Source: Octopus vulgaris (taxonomy: Eukaryota). Taken from it: 64,000 nucleotides of DNA. The stretch lies in contig OX597815.1 of the NCBI GenBank assembly GCA_951406725.2, positions 63,798,001-63,862,000 of the forward strand, given 5' to 3'. Positions within the stretch are counted from its first letter, which is position 1, and every line of letters starts with the position of its first letter. The translations under genes were made by a program, and so were the position numbers. Of the stretch, positions 39,348-53,879 are shown piece by piece. Under the pieces are notes generated by a model. It was given only the letters and a program-made list of their open reading frames with translations, was not told the origin of the DNA and did no database searches.

Positions 39348-40760
39348 CGTTTAAATATTTGTTGTGCAAGATTTTTTATGTGAAGTCGTGTGTTGAAACA
39401 GATATTGTTATATTTCGGAATGGTCATATTGCCAGTTTAGCCAATAAAAACACACGCACTATATATTTGGTGTTATTTTGCTTCAGTGATATTTATTTTT
39501 TACATTAATCTTAATCTTATTTCGGCCAAAGTTCTTTCGTCACACTCCTGTGACCGCATCAGTGGTCCTTTGTTTTCTTCTCACTTACTTGTGTCTCTCC
39601 TTACTAACCGTCAGCCATTTTGTATTTCTATTGTATGTCTTCATTTGCGCATGCTTATATCTCTATGTGCGTCTATGTTTATTTAGTGTGTGTGGGGGGA
39701 TGTCTGTAATATTTGTATCTTCTGGTTATATACATTCTTGTAATTTGTATTTTGTTTTTGTTGTTGTTGCTTTTGTTCTAATTTTGTTCATGTGTTTACA
39801 TCCACCCATTATTATCATTACATATGCTTGTATGTATGTATAACAACAATATTAGTAATAATAATAATAAATCTAATCGAGAAAAAAAAAAAAAAAAAAA
39901 GAATATACATATACATATATATATATATATACATACACATACATATACATATATATATATACATATATACACACATATATACACATATACATATACATAT
40001 ATATACACATATACATACACATAGATATTCATTTCTATTTCTTTAATTACCTGTGTATTTATTATGTTTGCAGGATCCACTATTGTCATATGTTGTGGTG
40101 TGCGCTATTGCTCCATTCTAGTTTTCTATTCAGGCTAGGTTTATTTTCTATTATATGTGTAGCTTCTGTAATTTGTCTAATTGTTGCATCTGTTCTATGT
40201 GTGGACAATATCTTAATCTCTATGTTATTGATTGATCCCCCGTGTTCTTGTTCGGCGTGTTGGTACAGAATCGATGAGCTTTTATTTCTCGATTAGATTT
40301 ATTATTATTATTACTAATATTGTTGTTATACATACATACAAGCATATGTAATGATAATAATGGGTGGATGTAAACACATGAACAAAATTAGAACAAAAGC
40401 AACAACAACAAAAACAAAATACAAATTACAAGAATGTATATAACCAGAAGATACAAATATTACAGACATCCCCCCCACACACACTAAATAAACATAGACG
40501 CACATAGAGATATAAGCATGCGCAAATGAAGACATACAATAGAAATACAAAATGGCTGACGGTTAGTAAGGAGAGACACAAGTAAGTGAGAAGAAAACAA
40601 AGGACCACTGATGCGGTCACAGGAGTGTGACGAAAGAACTTTGGCCGAAATAAGATTAAGATTAATGTAAAAAATAAATATCACTGAAGCAAAATAACAC
40701 CAAATATATAGTGCGTGTGTTTTTATTGGCTAAACTGGCAATATGACCATTCCGAAATAT

Positions 40761-40768
<8 letters not shown>
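39345..40768 (-). mobile_element. 5'-truncated PLE with an inverted terminal duplication
   Basis: Minus strand 40290-40089 translates [17 protein letters not shown]...IKILSTH...[23 protein letters not shown] (GIY-YIG C-terminus, absent from the ORF track). Inverted arms lie at 39402-39884 and 40285-40768, with a tail at 39345-39401. Confidence 0.82.
40605..40644 (+). ncRNA. Hammerhead-like motif in the inverted arm (mirror copy at 39526-39565, minus strand)
   Basis: CCA / CTGATGC-G / GTCACA-ggag-TGTGAC / GAAA / GAAC-TT / TGG. A9 is replaced by C. Confidence 0.55.
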
Positions 40769-40814
<46 letters not shown>

Positions 40815-40819
40815 TATGT

Positions 40820-40861
<42 letters not shown>

Positions 40862-40868
40862 ACAAATT

Positions 40869-40949
<81 letters not shown>

Positions 40950-42015
40950 TCATTCAAAATGTGACCGCGTGTGTACCGTTGGCGAATTTTTTTCCTCCGT
41001 CTTCCCTTCTTTGGATCTTTCCCTTTCCTATGTTTCTGATATATATATATATATATACAGTGGACATCCACTTATCAGAGAGAGACCCACCTTCTTTGGT
41101 CTCAGGACCATCTTATGCTTCACAAACGGGAATGAAACGAGAGTATCAAGTAGTGATACTGCAACGACTTCCACTAAACCAGTTGCTGTCACCCGTAGCA
41201 CGTAAGCCTCTATCTTCTATGCCAGTTCAAAAGCAATATTGAGCCATTGTTGTGGTAATGCATCCATTCGTTTTGCTATTGGAGACAGCAGGTTTGATCA
41301 TGTTTATTCTGGTTTCTTCTGTTCGACCTTATAGGAAACTTCCGATGACGCTGCTCTGCGTATCCATCAAGTCACGTGAATCTTCCTCACATAAATTTCC
41401 TTTAATTCCCCCTAATAAAATGCTATCGTAAACTTAATCCTATGCAATAGCAACCCTCACTTTCATTATCATACATCTAATTATTTTCATACCTAAAATT
41501 AACACTGATTCTTTTACAAAAATTCTTTTTTAACCATTCCACCTAACAAATTTTAAACGCTTCAGTCGTGTATCAACCCCTACTTTCCTTCTATCTTCGA
41601 CATTTTCTTCACTCATCTCTCCTTCCAACCATAAATACCTTTTCCATAAACTTAGTATAGATGAAGAATTTCTCTTGTTTTATATATATTCTATATTCAA
41701 ATTTCAAGTTCCTAATAACAGGTTTTTTTTTCAAAACTACTCGGTTGTATTCACATTACAACTGAATTTTAGTAGACTCCCACATTAAATATCCTGCCCT
41801 TTTCCTATTGTGCTTCGCTGCTATTTATCCATCTTTATAAATTGATTGTGTGTGCCTATATACATACACACACACACATGTACGTATGTATGTATGTATG
41901 TATGTATGTATGTATGTATGTATGTATGTATGCATGCATGTATGTATGTATGTATGTATGTATGTATGTATGTATGTATGTATGTATGCATGCATGTATG
42001 TATCTATGTATGTAA

Positions 42016-42046
<31 letters not shown>

Positions 42047-42052
42047 CATACA

Positions 42053-42086
<34 letters not shown>

Positions 42087-42300
42087 AATATGTATATGTA
42101 TATGCATACATATATCCATGTGTGTGTCTGTCTGTGTATGTATGGTGGTGGTGCTGTTTTGTGATTGGTTGCATTGGGACTAGTTGCATTGGCATTGCTT
42201 ATTTCAACGTTTCAGTTGCTTGATAGATGGCGCATGGGTGGGAGTGTTCAAGCCTCAGTAATTGCCTCTAGCTGTTTGTAATTACGATGCGTCCACCACC

Positions 42301-42332
<32 letters not shown>

Positions 42333-42620
42333 CAACAAAACCACCAACATCACTACTTTGCTCAGTACTCCTAAATATACCTCCACCTATTCCTTAGGCC
42401 ATCCTCTTGTTCCATTCTTTACTCCCATCCGACCAATCTTATATTTTATTGTTTTCATTTCCCTTCTACCTTCCCTCTTTCTTTTTCCTTTCACCCATCA
42501 TCCCACTTCCTTTTCCTTTCTTAAAATCCCCTACGTCTTTTCTCTCTCTCCCTCACTCACTCTCTCTCTTTCTCTCTCCCCCCTCCCTCTCTCCCTCCCT
42601 TCCGCCCTCATTCCCTCCTT

Positions 42621-42686
<66 letters not shown>

Positions 42687-43211
42687 CTATCTCTATCTCT
42701 CTTTCTCTCTCCCTCTCTCTTTCTTGTTTCTTCTTTCACCCTTCTCCTTTTGTTTTTCATTTTTCTCGTTCATGCGAAGTTCGATAAAAACAAATACATC
42801 ATCATGATTACCTTCCCCCTCCACCTCCTCCTCTTAATCATCATCATCATCCCTATCGCCGTCGTCGTCATCATCATCACCATCATCGTCGTCGTCATCA
42901 TCATAATCATCGTCACCTTCGTCGTCATCGTCATCATTATCATCATCATCATCATCATCACTATTGTCATCATCATTAGCATCAACAAGGAAAATCAGCA
43001 GCAAACATCTATGATGGCTCGAATGAGCGCCACGGTATTCATGACGATGATCATGATGATGACGAGAATGATGATGATGATCATCATCATCATCATCATT
43101 ATCATCATCATCATCATCATCATCATCATTCTCGTCATCATCATGATCATCGTCATTATTGTTATCATTATTATTATAAGGACACGACTTTTGTGGTGGT
43201 GGTGGTTGTTG

Positions 43212-43243
<32 letters not shown>

Positions 43244-44779
43244 GGTGGTCATGATAGATTTTGATACATGCTCAAATGGAAACCACTTCCCAATAACCCT
43301 TCACCACCACCAGCGAGCACGGTCACCTTCATCGCCCTCCACCGCCTCCATCACTTATCAATCAATGGCCAGCCATTGATTCGCTGCTTTCCACACTTGA
43401 TGGCATGGCAAATGTCAAGCCTGTGTAATGTGGTCGATGAACCGTCCCTGGCCATGGGACGGTTCACTTGTGATAACTAGAGCTGACACAGACAAATATC
43501 AAATAGATTATTAGGAGATGGTTGCCGAAAAGGGCTGCTGGCAGTAGTAGTAGTAGTAGTAGTTCTTGTTATTGCTGTTCTAATTGATGCTGGTGGTATG
43601 TGGTGTTTGTCGGAGTGGAGATCGCTTAGTAGTAATTGCAGCAGCAGCAGCAATAACAGTTCTGATAGTAGTGATGGTGGTGGTGATGAAGGTGGTGGTG
43701 GTGGTGGTGGTGGTGGTGGTGTCGGTGGTGGTGGTGGTTGTGGAGGTAGTTTAATTTATGCAGTAGAAATATATGATATATTTAAATGCGAGTTCCAATG
43801 GACATTGATGCGGTTCATTTGTTTTGTTTTTGTCTTTGTTTGTTTTTCATGTGTGTATTGTGGTAGGCGACGGGAATGAATGCTATGGGAAAGGACCAAA
43901 TTGATTGGATGATGTTCAACAAATAGGGAGGACGGCTGAAGTACTTTGTCGCTTCTTGCCGTGACATCGTCCAGTCCTTGCGCAGGATGCTTAACTCTCA
44001 TCAATCAACTGAATTTATATTTTTTAATTTCTTTCAATTTACGCACGCACACACACAGACACACACATACACGTATATACACATTCATACACACAAATAC
44101 ATATGTATAGGCTTGGCTGTGGATTGAGAAATTCGTTTTAAAATCTCGTGGTCTCGGTTTCTATCTTACTGCGTAGAAACCTGCCATATGTGTGCGTGTG
44201 TGAGCGTGTGTTTATGTCTAGTTATATGTTAAAATAATTTATCATTTTACTGAAGAATTGCTGACAGCTTTTTAGTAGAGCACAAGAGAACTGAAAGAGA
44301 ATGAAATTTCCACCTGCTAGCATCGTCAAACTGTACTACAGCTGACTTACTTATGGTTTTATACTCTTTGGCAAGTTGTTTTTCCAGAGTTGGGGTAGCT
44401 ATGTGAAATAAGAATTAGCCGTGTATATTGACCTGGGATGTAGATGTATAGAAAGAGAAATACAGAAGATGGGAGAAAAGAATGTTTGCAGGATGTAGGT
44501 TGAGAGAAAGTTATTGCTGGACGCTTTTGTTTAGTTTGAAGTGGGAATTGGTGTTATTGGTTAGACTTGTAAATAATATATATATATCTTAAATTCCAAG
44601 ATACAACAATATATATTTTGTGTTTGTACTTGCTGTATCTTTGGAGGGTTATTATGCCAATAAAAAACACATACTGGTTCTATTTCATTACTGTAGTTAT
44701 AATCATTATTAGTCAACTAGTAAAGCATTCAACCAATTAACAAATCGTTTTGATTAATTTCACTTAATTTATAAATCAG

Positions 44780-46200
44780 CTACGTTTGTCAGAGTCTTTT
44801 TGTCGAGTTTCACGAACTTACCATTGACTTCCCATCTCTACTAAACCCAGAGGTCTAAGATGGTATATCTGGATTGTTGGCTGCCAGAGATTTGAAGTTC
44901 ATTAACAGGGCGTACCTCTGTTGGCAACAATAAGATAGTTCATTCTCCTTGTTGATAGAGTCTGCAGGTTGACGACATTTGTGTTGTTTCTCGCGGAGAC
45001 AGAGTTGGCAGTTGTGAGTTCCAGGTGAATACGGAGAGACCTAGTCAATGATACTCCATTCGATGTTGATGAAGTCGTTCTGATGATCACGGTGTTTCCA
45101 GATAAAAAGGGGACAGGGTGATGGGAGTTTTTCCTATCCCTGTACCTGCTGTGTATGCCTTCCCTTGAAATCATTGACTGGCATACTCTTGTGGTTTCTT
45201 GTAATGCCATCGGATGGTGTGAGAGTGGCTCTATAGATCACAGTCTCTGAGAGGCAGAATCCCCTTGGTTTGCAGTTAGTAGGATTTCGGAGTTACAAGG
45301 CGGTGGCGGTGTCTGCTTGTGTCTTCTGTAGCGCGTGATGTTAAAAGTTATGTTGTCTACCGAGCCACCTTCACCCTATCCAATGGCAGTCAATGACTTA
45401 CAAACGAAGGTATACACGGCATAAGTACTCCTTCAAATGTAGGGAGAGAGAAAACTCCATCTTCTTGTACTGCTCTATCTGAAGACTCTGTAACCATCAG
45501 AATGACTCCCACAACATCGAATGTAATATCATTGATAGGTCCCCACTTACTCACCCGCACCTTGCAATTTCCAACTCTGTCTCCGCGAGTAATTTCATAT
45601 ACTCCATCAACCTGGAGGATCCATCGACAGGAAAAATGTTTGTTATGGTCGTTAGCAGAGGTATGCTATGCTAGTGAACTTCAAGCCGCTGACAGCCGAC
45701 AATCCAGATATACCACTTTATGTCTTGCTGCCCCTATACTCAAGAGTACGGTACATAATGCCTGCTGCCTGTAAAGACTACAGCCCCATCCATGCTGGCA
45801 TTCCAATCTAGTACCGCTAAATTTTAATCCAGCACCACCGAATCTGCTTACTCCTGCGAAAAGGCCACTAAACGTCGTCAACACGCCGACCCCGTTCTTC
45901 TATGTAGCATTAAATGCGACGAACTATGTTGCTAAATAAACCATATCAAAGCTTCCCGATATAGCGGTGACACCAACATCCTGTCCGACTACATGGGCTT
46001 AAGAACAAAGAAAATAATTCATGTCGCTTCCAGACCAATAGCAGAACGTGACCTCAATTGACCAATAGAGGCCTAAAATCTAGAAACTACTCTATCTCAT
46101 ATTTTGTCACGTTTACCCCAGGCGCCCGATGAGTTATGGTCGTTGTACAAGTCTACGAAACTTTAAGTTGCATGGATCTGAGTCAAACTGTTATTAAATT
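44780..46200. mobile_element. Old Naiad-type PLE remnants in inverted orientation
   Basis: Minus strand about 45120-44890 reads IWKHR..NIEWSIID..PYSPGTHNCQLCLRE...INKENE..CC. A diverged + copy lies at about 45480-45690, and a hammerhead remnant CCGATGA...GAAA-CTTTAAG-TT at 46126-46170. Confidence 0.6.
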
Positions 46201-46259
46201 ATATATATACACACACACACACACACGCAAACGCGTGCACAGACACACATATGTATGTA

Positions 46260-46340
<81 letters not shown>

Positions 46341-46696
46341 ATGACTGCAAATGTTTCTGGTATTTGTAATGTAGGTGACTTCTCAAAAACGCAAGAATCT
46401 GTTGGTTCAAACTTCTGGGCTTATTTGAAGTTTGAAAAAGTATTTCTCAGTTTTGTTCGGATTTATGAGAATGCTATTATAATAATTGGTTGGTGGTCTG
46501 AGAAGATGTAGAAAGATATTTACCAAGTGGTTGTGTTAAGTAGCGTGGAACGGACGGTAGGCAATGTGTTGTAGTTGACTTGGGGATGATGTGCGTATGA
46601 GTGTACGTCTATGAGCACATGTGCATGCGTATATTGTTTAGATCGTTAAAGGAATTGCAGTGTTTTTATGTAACTGTGTGTATTATTCGTTGCGGT

Positions 46697-46915
46697 GAAA
46701 GGAGGCGAGCTGGCAGAAACGTTAGCACACCGGGCGAAATGCTTAGCGGTAGTTCGTCTATCTTTACGTTCTGAGTTCAAATTCACCGAGGTCGACTTTG
46801 CTTGTCATCCTTTCGGGGTTGATTCATTAAGTACCAGCTGCGTACTGGGGTCGATCGAATCGACTGCCCCTCCCCCTGCCCCAAAATTTAGGGCCTTGCG
46901 CCTAGAATAGAAAAG
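46697..46915 (+). mobile_element. SINE with a Nin-like central domain
   Basis: ggcgagctggcagaa...GAGTTCAAATTC...catcctttcgggg...taagtaccag. A second, more decayed copy follows at about 46925-47100. Confidence 0.8.
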
Positions 46916-47175
46916 GTTATTTGTTGCGGTGAGCTAGAAGAATCATTAGCGCATCGGAAAAAAATGCTTGGTGGCACTTCGTCCGGCGCTCACGTGGTCA
47001 ATCTTGCATTTCATTCATGATGGATAAAAATAAATTAGTAGTAATGTACTGAGGTCAGTGTTATCGACGAAACTCCTCCCCTTGAAATTGGTGCTATTGT
47101 GCGGTTTGTCTCTCTGTCGTTTGCCTGTCTGTCTACCTGTCTGTCTCTCTATCCATCTATGTATGTATGTATGTA

Positions 47176-47216
<41 letters not shown>

Positions 47217-47217
47217 A

Positions 47218-47450
47218 TAAAATAAGCAAAGGACATACTAAGTATGTCTACCTCCTGGTAATAACAGTTAAAACTCTTATTTAAATCGCCGAAAATAAGA
47301 GTTTTGACTGTTATTTCCAGCAGGTAGACATACTTGGTATGTCCTTTGATTAATTTTAATCTTTCAGCTATTTAATGTTTTTTGGGGGCCTGCAATCGGC
47401 TATATTATTGGTTCTGTTTATTATCATTTTAGAATTGTCACTCTCTATAT
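47218..47450. repeat. Foldback (arms of about 60 bp) plus unpaired tail
   Basis: caaaggacatactaagtatgtctacct...aaaactcttatt / aataagagtttt...aggtagacatacttggtatgtcctttg. Confidence 0.8.
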
Positions 47451-47454
47451 ATAT

Positions 47455-47632
47455 AGTGAGAATTTACAAAAAAAAAAAATAAAATGAAGCCGAATGTGTA
47501 AAAAATAAACAGATGTATTAGTTTGATGCTCGGCAAGTGAGAAAGTCTTTTACGCTTCGAGCCTACGCTCTTCGACAGAAAGGAACAGGAAGAGAAAATA
47601 GAAAAAGGTTTAGTGGCTAATGATCTATAGAT
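47455..47632 (-). mobile_element. PLE 3' terminus (same family as 18080-18262)
   Basis: Minus strand 47582-47547 reads CTTT-CTGTCGA-A-GAGC/GCTC-GAAG-CGTA-AAAG. Confidence 0.65.
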
Positions 47633-47661
47633 ACCTATATATATATATATATATATACATA

Positions 47662-49170
47662 CTAGCAGTATCGCCCGGCGTTGCTCGAGTTTGTAAGGGA
47701 AATAACTATATAAGCATTTTTAGAGAGTTACTTCCTTTATAGATGCCAATTCGGGCTTTCTTAGCCATTTCTGTTTTGGTGTCTTCAAGCCATGAAGTCG
47801 TTGTTCTAAAAGAACGCTGGTCTCCTTGACAACGCATTACGACGTTGATTTCCTTAAACTCCCTTCCCCACAGCTTCACGAGGGAGGGAAGAAGGGGAGA
47901 AGCAAACACAGGTGCAGGTGTTTGAGCATGGACGCCAACTCCGCCGCCATCGACACACGAAAAATTATGCATTAAAATGGAATAAAAAATGATGTTAAAT
48001 TATTTTTAAAATCGTAGACTCATCGTAGACGCGCGCTAATAGCCAGACGGGCTCGATATTAATCACAACTATAAGATACCCGAATTTGGTTAAACTGCAC
48101 CGCAAAATGTGGGAGGAGTTAGGAATCTAAATCGTAGGAGACAGACACTCACACAACTAGAGTTTTATATATATACTAGCAGTATCGCCCGGCGTTGCTC
48201 GGGTTTGTAAGGGAAATAACTATATATGCATTTTTAGAGAGTTACTTCCCTTATAAATTCGGGCTTTCTTAGCCATTTTTGTTTTGGTGTCTTCAAGCCA
48301 TGAAGTCGTTGTTCTAAAAGAACGCTGGTCTCCTTCACAACGCATTACGACGTTGATTTCTTTACACTCCCTTCCCCACAGCTTCACGAGGGAGGGAAGG
48401 GGGAGAAGCAAACAGGTGCAGCTGTGAGCGTGGACGCCAACTCCGCCGCCATCGACACACGATGCATTTTATGCATTAAAATGGAATAAAAAATGATGTT
48501 AAATTATTTTTAAAATCGTAGACTCATCGTTGACGCGCGCTAATAGTCAGACGGGCTCGATATGAATCACGACTATAAGATACCCGAATTTGGTTAAACT
48601 GCACCGCAAAATGTGGGAGGAGTTAGGAATCTAAATCGAAGGGGACAGACACTCACACAACTAGAGTTTTATATATATAGACTAGCAGTATCGCCCGGCG
48701 TTGCTCGGGTTTGTAAGGGAAATAACTATATAAGCATTTTTAGAGAGTTACTTCCCTTATAAATTCGGGCTTTCTTAGCCATTTTTGTTTTGGTGTCTTC
48801 AAGCCATGAAGTCGTTGTTCTAAAAGAACGCTGGTCTCCTTCACAACGCATTACGACGTTGATTTCTTTACACTCCCTTCCCCACAGCTTCACGAGGGAG
48901 GGAAGGGGAGAAGCAAACAGGTGCAGCTGTGAGCGTGGACGCCAACTCCGCCGCCATCGACACACGATGCATTTTATGCATTAAAATGGAATAAAAAATG
49001 ATGTTAAATTATTTTTAAAATCGTAGACTCATCGTTGACGCGCGCTAATAGTCAGACGGGCTCGATATGAATCACGACTATAAGATACCCGAATTTGGTT
49101 AAACTGCACCGCAAAATGTGGGAGGAGTTAGGAATCTAAATCGAAGGGGACAGACACTCACACAACTAGA

Positions 49171-49185
<15 letters not shown>
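47662..49185 (-). mobile_element. Three head-to-tail copies of a non-autonomous Helitron of about 506-514 bp
   Basis: Units start on + at 47662, 48176 and 48682. On the minus strand each runs from (TC)TATATATATAAAACTCTAG to cccgagcaacgccggg-cgatactgCTAG. Confidence 0.9.
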
Positions 49186-49219
<34 letters not shown>

Positions 49220-49862
49220 AGATGCAGATCACTCCATATATACATACAAACATACATACAACTAGAGAGGGAGAGAGCAAGTGAGAATATAGTGGCACAA
49301 GCACATAATTATTAGTCGCCAGAGAGATCAAAGACATGAAATTCTCAAACTTCTAAAGCAGGTTGAGGCAGAGCAGGAGTGGAAAAGTCAGTTAAAAGAA
49401 TAACCGAAATGTAAAGTATATCAAAAAGGAACGACGGGCCAGCAGTTATATATGTAAGGAATATATCTAAAAAAATTTATTTATATGAAAAAGGGCCGAC
49501 AAATCTGTAGAGAATGTCGTTTAATTTGCCACAAGAAGCTACTCAGTTTTCAAGTCTCGTGCTAATTAGTATTGTCTTTGCTTAAATGTTTTGGATAATA
49601 TTGCCTCAATATTGCACCTGTATACATAATATGCTTTGTTATATCAACTATTCACTGATGAACTTGAAATAGCTGTAAAAACAATACCTGATTACATCAT
49701 GTAATTCCTTCCACCTATAACTTTGTCAATCATTTCGTCGTTTCTCTTATACATACATACATACATACATACATACATACATACATACATGTGTGTGTGT
49801 ATGCATACATACGTATATATATATATATCATTATTATTATCATCATTATTATTATTATTATT

Positions 49863-49904
<42 letters not shown>

Positions 49905-49999
49905 ATTATTATATTAGAGGAAAAATCAAAAACCAAGACAAAACGAGTATCTCAGGTCATTTAGAATAATTTATGGTAAGGTGAATTTGAAGTGTTATA

Positions 50000-50760
50000 G
50001 CCGTTTCTGCGATAACCCAAGCGGTAGGTTAGCCTGTCACCACTTTGGGCATTCCGTCATCAGAGACAAGGTATGAATAAGGCATTTCACATAGGGTCAG
50101 TTTATGGGTTTCATCATCTCTTTTCACAATTGGAGTGGACAGTACGTTTTGGGGGGTAGTTGTTGCTTAATAGATTGTTACTTAACTTGATCATTTCTTT
50201 GTGGTGTGTATCAGGATCGTTACTTATATTATTTGCTCGATGTTTTATGCACTGAGCAATCCCTCTCTTTACACTGTATGGACGGTGGTAATTGAAGTTG
50301 AAGTATCGTCCAGTGAAGGTTGACTTGCGGTCTACGGATGTCCTGGATCCATAGTTTGCGCGTGTTATTAATATGTCCAGGAATCCTAGCTGATTATCTT
50401 TATCCTTTTCCATAGTAAACTGTATGGGTGGCTTTATTGAGTTCACATGATCTAACTGTATTTGGAAATCTTCCTGGTGGGGCCAGAGTATAAAGGTGTC
50501 ATCAACATATCGCAGCCATAGGGTTGGTTTTAGTGGTGTAAATCCTAAAGCCAAATTCTCAAAGTATTCCATGTATATATTGGCTATTATCGGTGATAAT
50601 GGCGAACCCATAGCTAAACCCTTCCCTATCGATATATATCAGTGTCCATACTGAAGTAGCTAGTTTCTACACAGAAGGTCAACGTTTCCATCAACTTTCT
50701 TATTGGTACACTAGTACGTTCTTTTAAATAGGTGTCTGTCACTAGTTATTCTTGAATCAC
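50000..50760 (-). mobile_element. Poseidon/Penelope-type PLE RT fragment
   Basis: GLAMGSPLSPIIANIYME...WLRYVDDTF...IQFTME...FLDILI...RKSTFTGRY. A CTGATGA...GAAAC hammerhead remnant lies downstream on the same strand at about 50065-50000. Confidence 0.85.
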
Positions 50761-50897
50761 CGATAGGTATGGATATTTTAGACAGGGAAAATTAGCAGTG
50801 ATCTTGGAACCTACCGGTCGACCAACTATAGCACCTACTCAACGTACTTATTTGTTTAGATCACAAGTGAACTAAACGCCTCATATTATATATACAT

Positions 50898-51303
<406 letters not shown>

Positions 51304-52252
51304 GCAAAATTATCTTAAAATGTTGTTAAAAGTTATCAGCTATATATAAAAAGTCGTAGAAAAGCACGACAATCTTTTTGAAAGAAAGTTTTCGTACTGG
51401 GCATAAACGTTTGCGTCAATTTTTCCAACGCACGTATTATGAAGTTACACATACACACACACACACATGCACACACACACATACGTATCTGCACGCCCCT
51501 TCGAAGTCAGCCATATTGTTATTGTCAGTATTTTTCACGTAAATTATCAAAAGTCGACGTCTTTGCTACGAAGAGATATGCAAGGAGAAAATTCTAGAAG
51601 GGTGAAGTACTGAAGATGAAGGACAGAAATAAGCGGGAAATGTGGGAACTGGTGGAATTTCAAAGCGATTTCTGTTAACTGAGAGCATCTTAATGAAGAT
51701 TTCTGCTGGAAATAAGAAGACAAGGACTAAGAGAGAATTCCAACGAGAAACAAACGTTGATAGGATAGGCTTCGGTTGCTTTGTGGCCTGAATTCATCTC
51801 CCTGTCGTTTCGGTCCACACGATTCTTCCGAAGCTGCTCTTCGCCGAATGTCTGAGGCTGCCAGAACATTGGCTGTGAAAATACACAATTATTGCTCAGC
51901 GTGAAGCACCAATAACTTGCAAAGGGAAAACAGAATTAGGGGACGGATTTTGTGTGGGTATTGCAAGTTTGACACAATATGAATAACAGCGAAATTGGAA
52001 CAGGTGCTTCCAATGGAATTAGGAAGGAGGGTGTATGTATTGCTTAAATTTGTAGTAGCTGTTGAAGATAGTTCACATCTTGTGTACCAATAATTGAAGT
52101 GTATTCGAAAATGAGTTTTCGACAATTGGTCGAGTGGCGTGTTTTGGGGAATTTTTTTTTTGTATAGTTTAGGATGTTTATTTCTGAGTTCAACAGCAAC
52201 AGAAAGAGCAGCACTCTCTTAGATATATGAACAGTAATTTCTTATGTTCTCC

Positions 52253-52313
<61 letters not shown>

Positions 52314-52472
52314 TCATCTTCTTTCTCTATGTCTCTCTTTGTATTTCCATCCTTCCCTCCTCTTCTTTCTACCTTCCTCTACTCCTCTCACTCTCCATGT
52401 ATTTTTTCTGTGTTCTTTGCCCTCTGCATTTTCATTTATCTTATATTTTTCAAAATTATGTTGTTCATCTAC

Positions 52473-52510
<38 letters not shown>

Positions 52511-53590
52511 TACACACACACACACTCTCGCTCACTAACTCACTCTCTCACTTTCCTTCTTTCTGTCTCTCCCTCCTTTTATCCCCTTCTCTCTTCCCTC
52601 TCACCTATCTCTCACTTTCCCTTCACCTCCCTCTCTTCTCTTTCACCACTCTTTCTTCTCTCTCACCTCTCTTTCCATGTCCTCTTATTATTCTCCTCTC
52701 TCTCTTCCCTTTCACCTCTCTCTCTTTCTTCCCTCTCATCTCTCTATCTTCCCTCTCATCTTTCTTCCTTCTCACCTCTCTCTCTTCCCTCTCACCTCCA
52801 TCTCTTCTCTCTCACCTCTTTCTCCATGTTCCCCTATTATTACCCCCTCTCTCTTCCCTCTTACCTCTCTCTGATCTCTTCCCTCTTTTCCTTCTCACCT
52901 CTCTCTCTCTTCCCTCTCACCTCTATCTCTTCTCTCTCACCTCTTTCTCTTCCCTTTTACCTCCCTCTCTTCCTACTCACTTCTCTCTTTTCTCTCTCAC
53001 CTCTCTCTCTCTCTCGCCATATCCCTCTGTTATTCCCCACTCTCCTCTTTCTCCCGTGTGTCTCGTCAATCTGCGAAAATGAGTTGATTGAGTTTTGAAA
53101 CGAACAAGACTCCTTTTAACAAATTAGTGATGTTGCTGGATTGCTGATGTCCATCGCCACCCCACCCCAAAGCCGTCTCGTCCCGAATCCCCACTACCAA
53201 CACACCATGTATATATTACATACCACCGTCACCAATAAGTCAATTATCACCACTAACACCACAAACCGCCACCCCAATCTCACAACACATTTCTACCACT
53301 ACAACGACCACCAGCGTCACATCACCAGCGTCATCAGCATTTGTCTTCACCACCAACACCACCATTGCTACCATATATCACCATTGTCACCACTACCACC
53401 GACACTTCAATCGCTTCTATTACTAACATCGTTAAACCGGCACAACCACCATCACCACCACCACCACTACCACCACCACCACACCACCACCACCACTACC
53501 ACCATCATCCCAACCACTTCCATCGTCATCATCACTATGACCATCACCGGAGTATTGAGTGGAACACTTGAAAATATGTGCGTGGTATAC

Positions 53591-53648
<58 letters not shown>

Positions 53649-53674
53649 GTGTGTAAGTGTGTGTACATACCTAT

Positions 53675-53821
53675 GTGTGGTAGAAAGCCTGCTTCCCAAC
53701 CACATGGTTCAGAGTTCAGTCTCACTTCGTGGTACCTTGGGCAAGTGCCTTCTAATGTAGCCTTGGGCCGTCCAAAGCCTTGTGAGTGGATTTGTTATAC
53801 TGAAACTGAAAGAAGCCCGAC

Positions 53822-53879
<58 letters not shown>

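Noticed and set aside
41055-41400. Pogo/Tigger-like fragment starting TA|CAGTGG
   Set aside because: No matching second TIR was found and the peptide similarity is too weak.
43756-44010. 82-aa minus-strand ORF as a host exon
   Set aside because: No recognisable domain, no polypyrimidine tract before the AG, and no supporting neighbouring exons.
47662-49185. CRISPR-like array or repeated small gene (WGRECKEINVVMRC ORFs)
   Set aside because: The units are about 500-bp Helitron copies with no repeat-spacer structure, and the context is eukaryotic.
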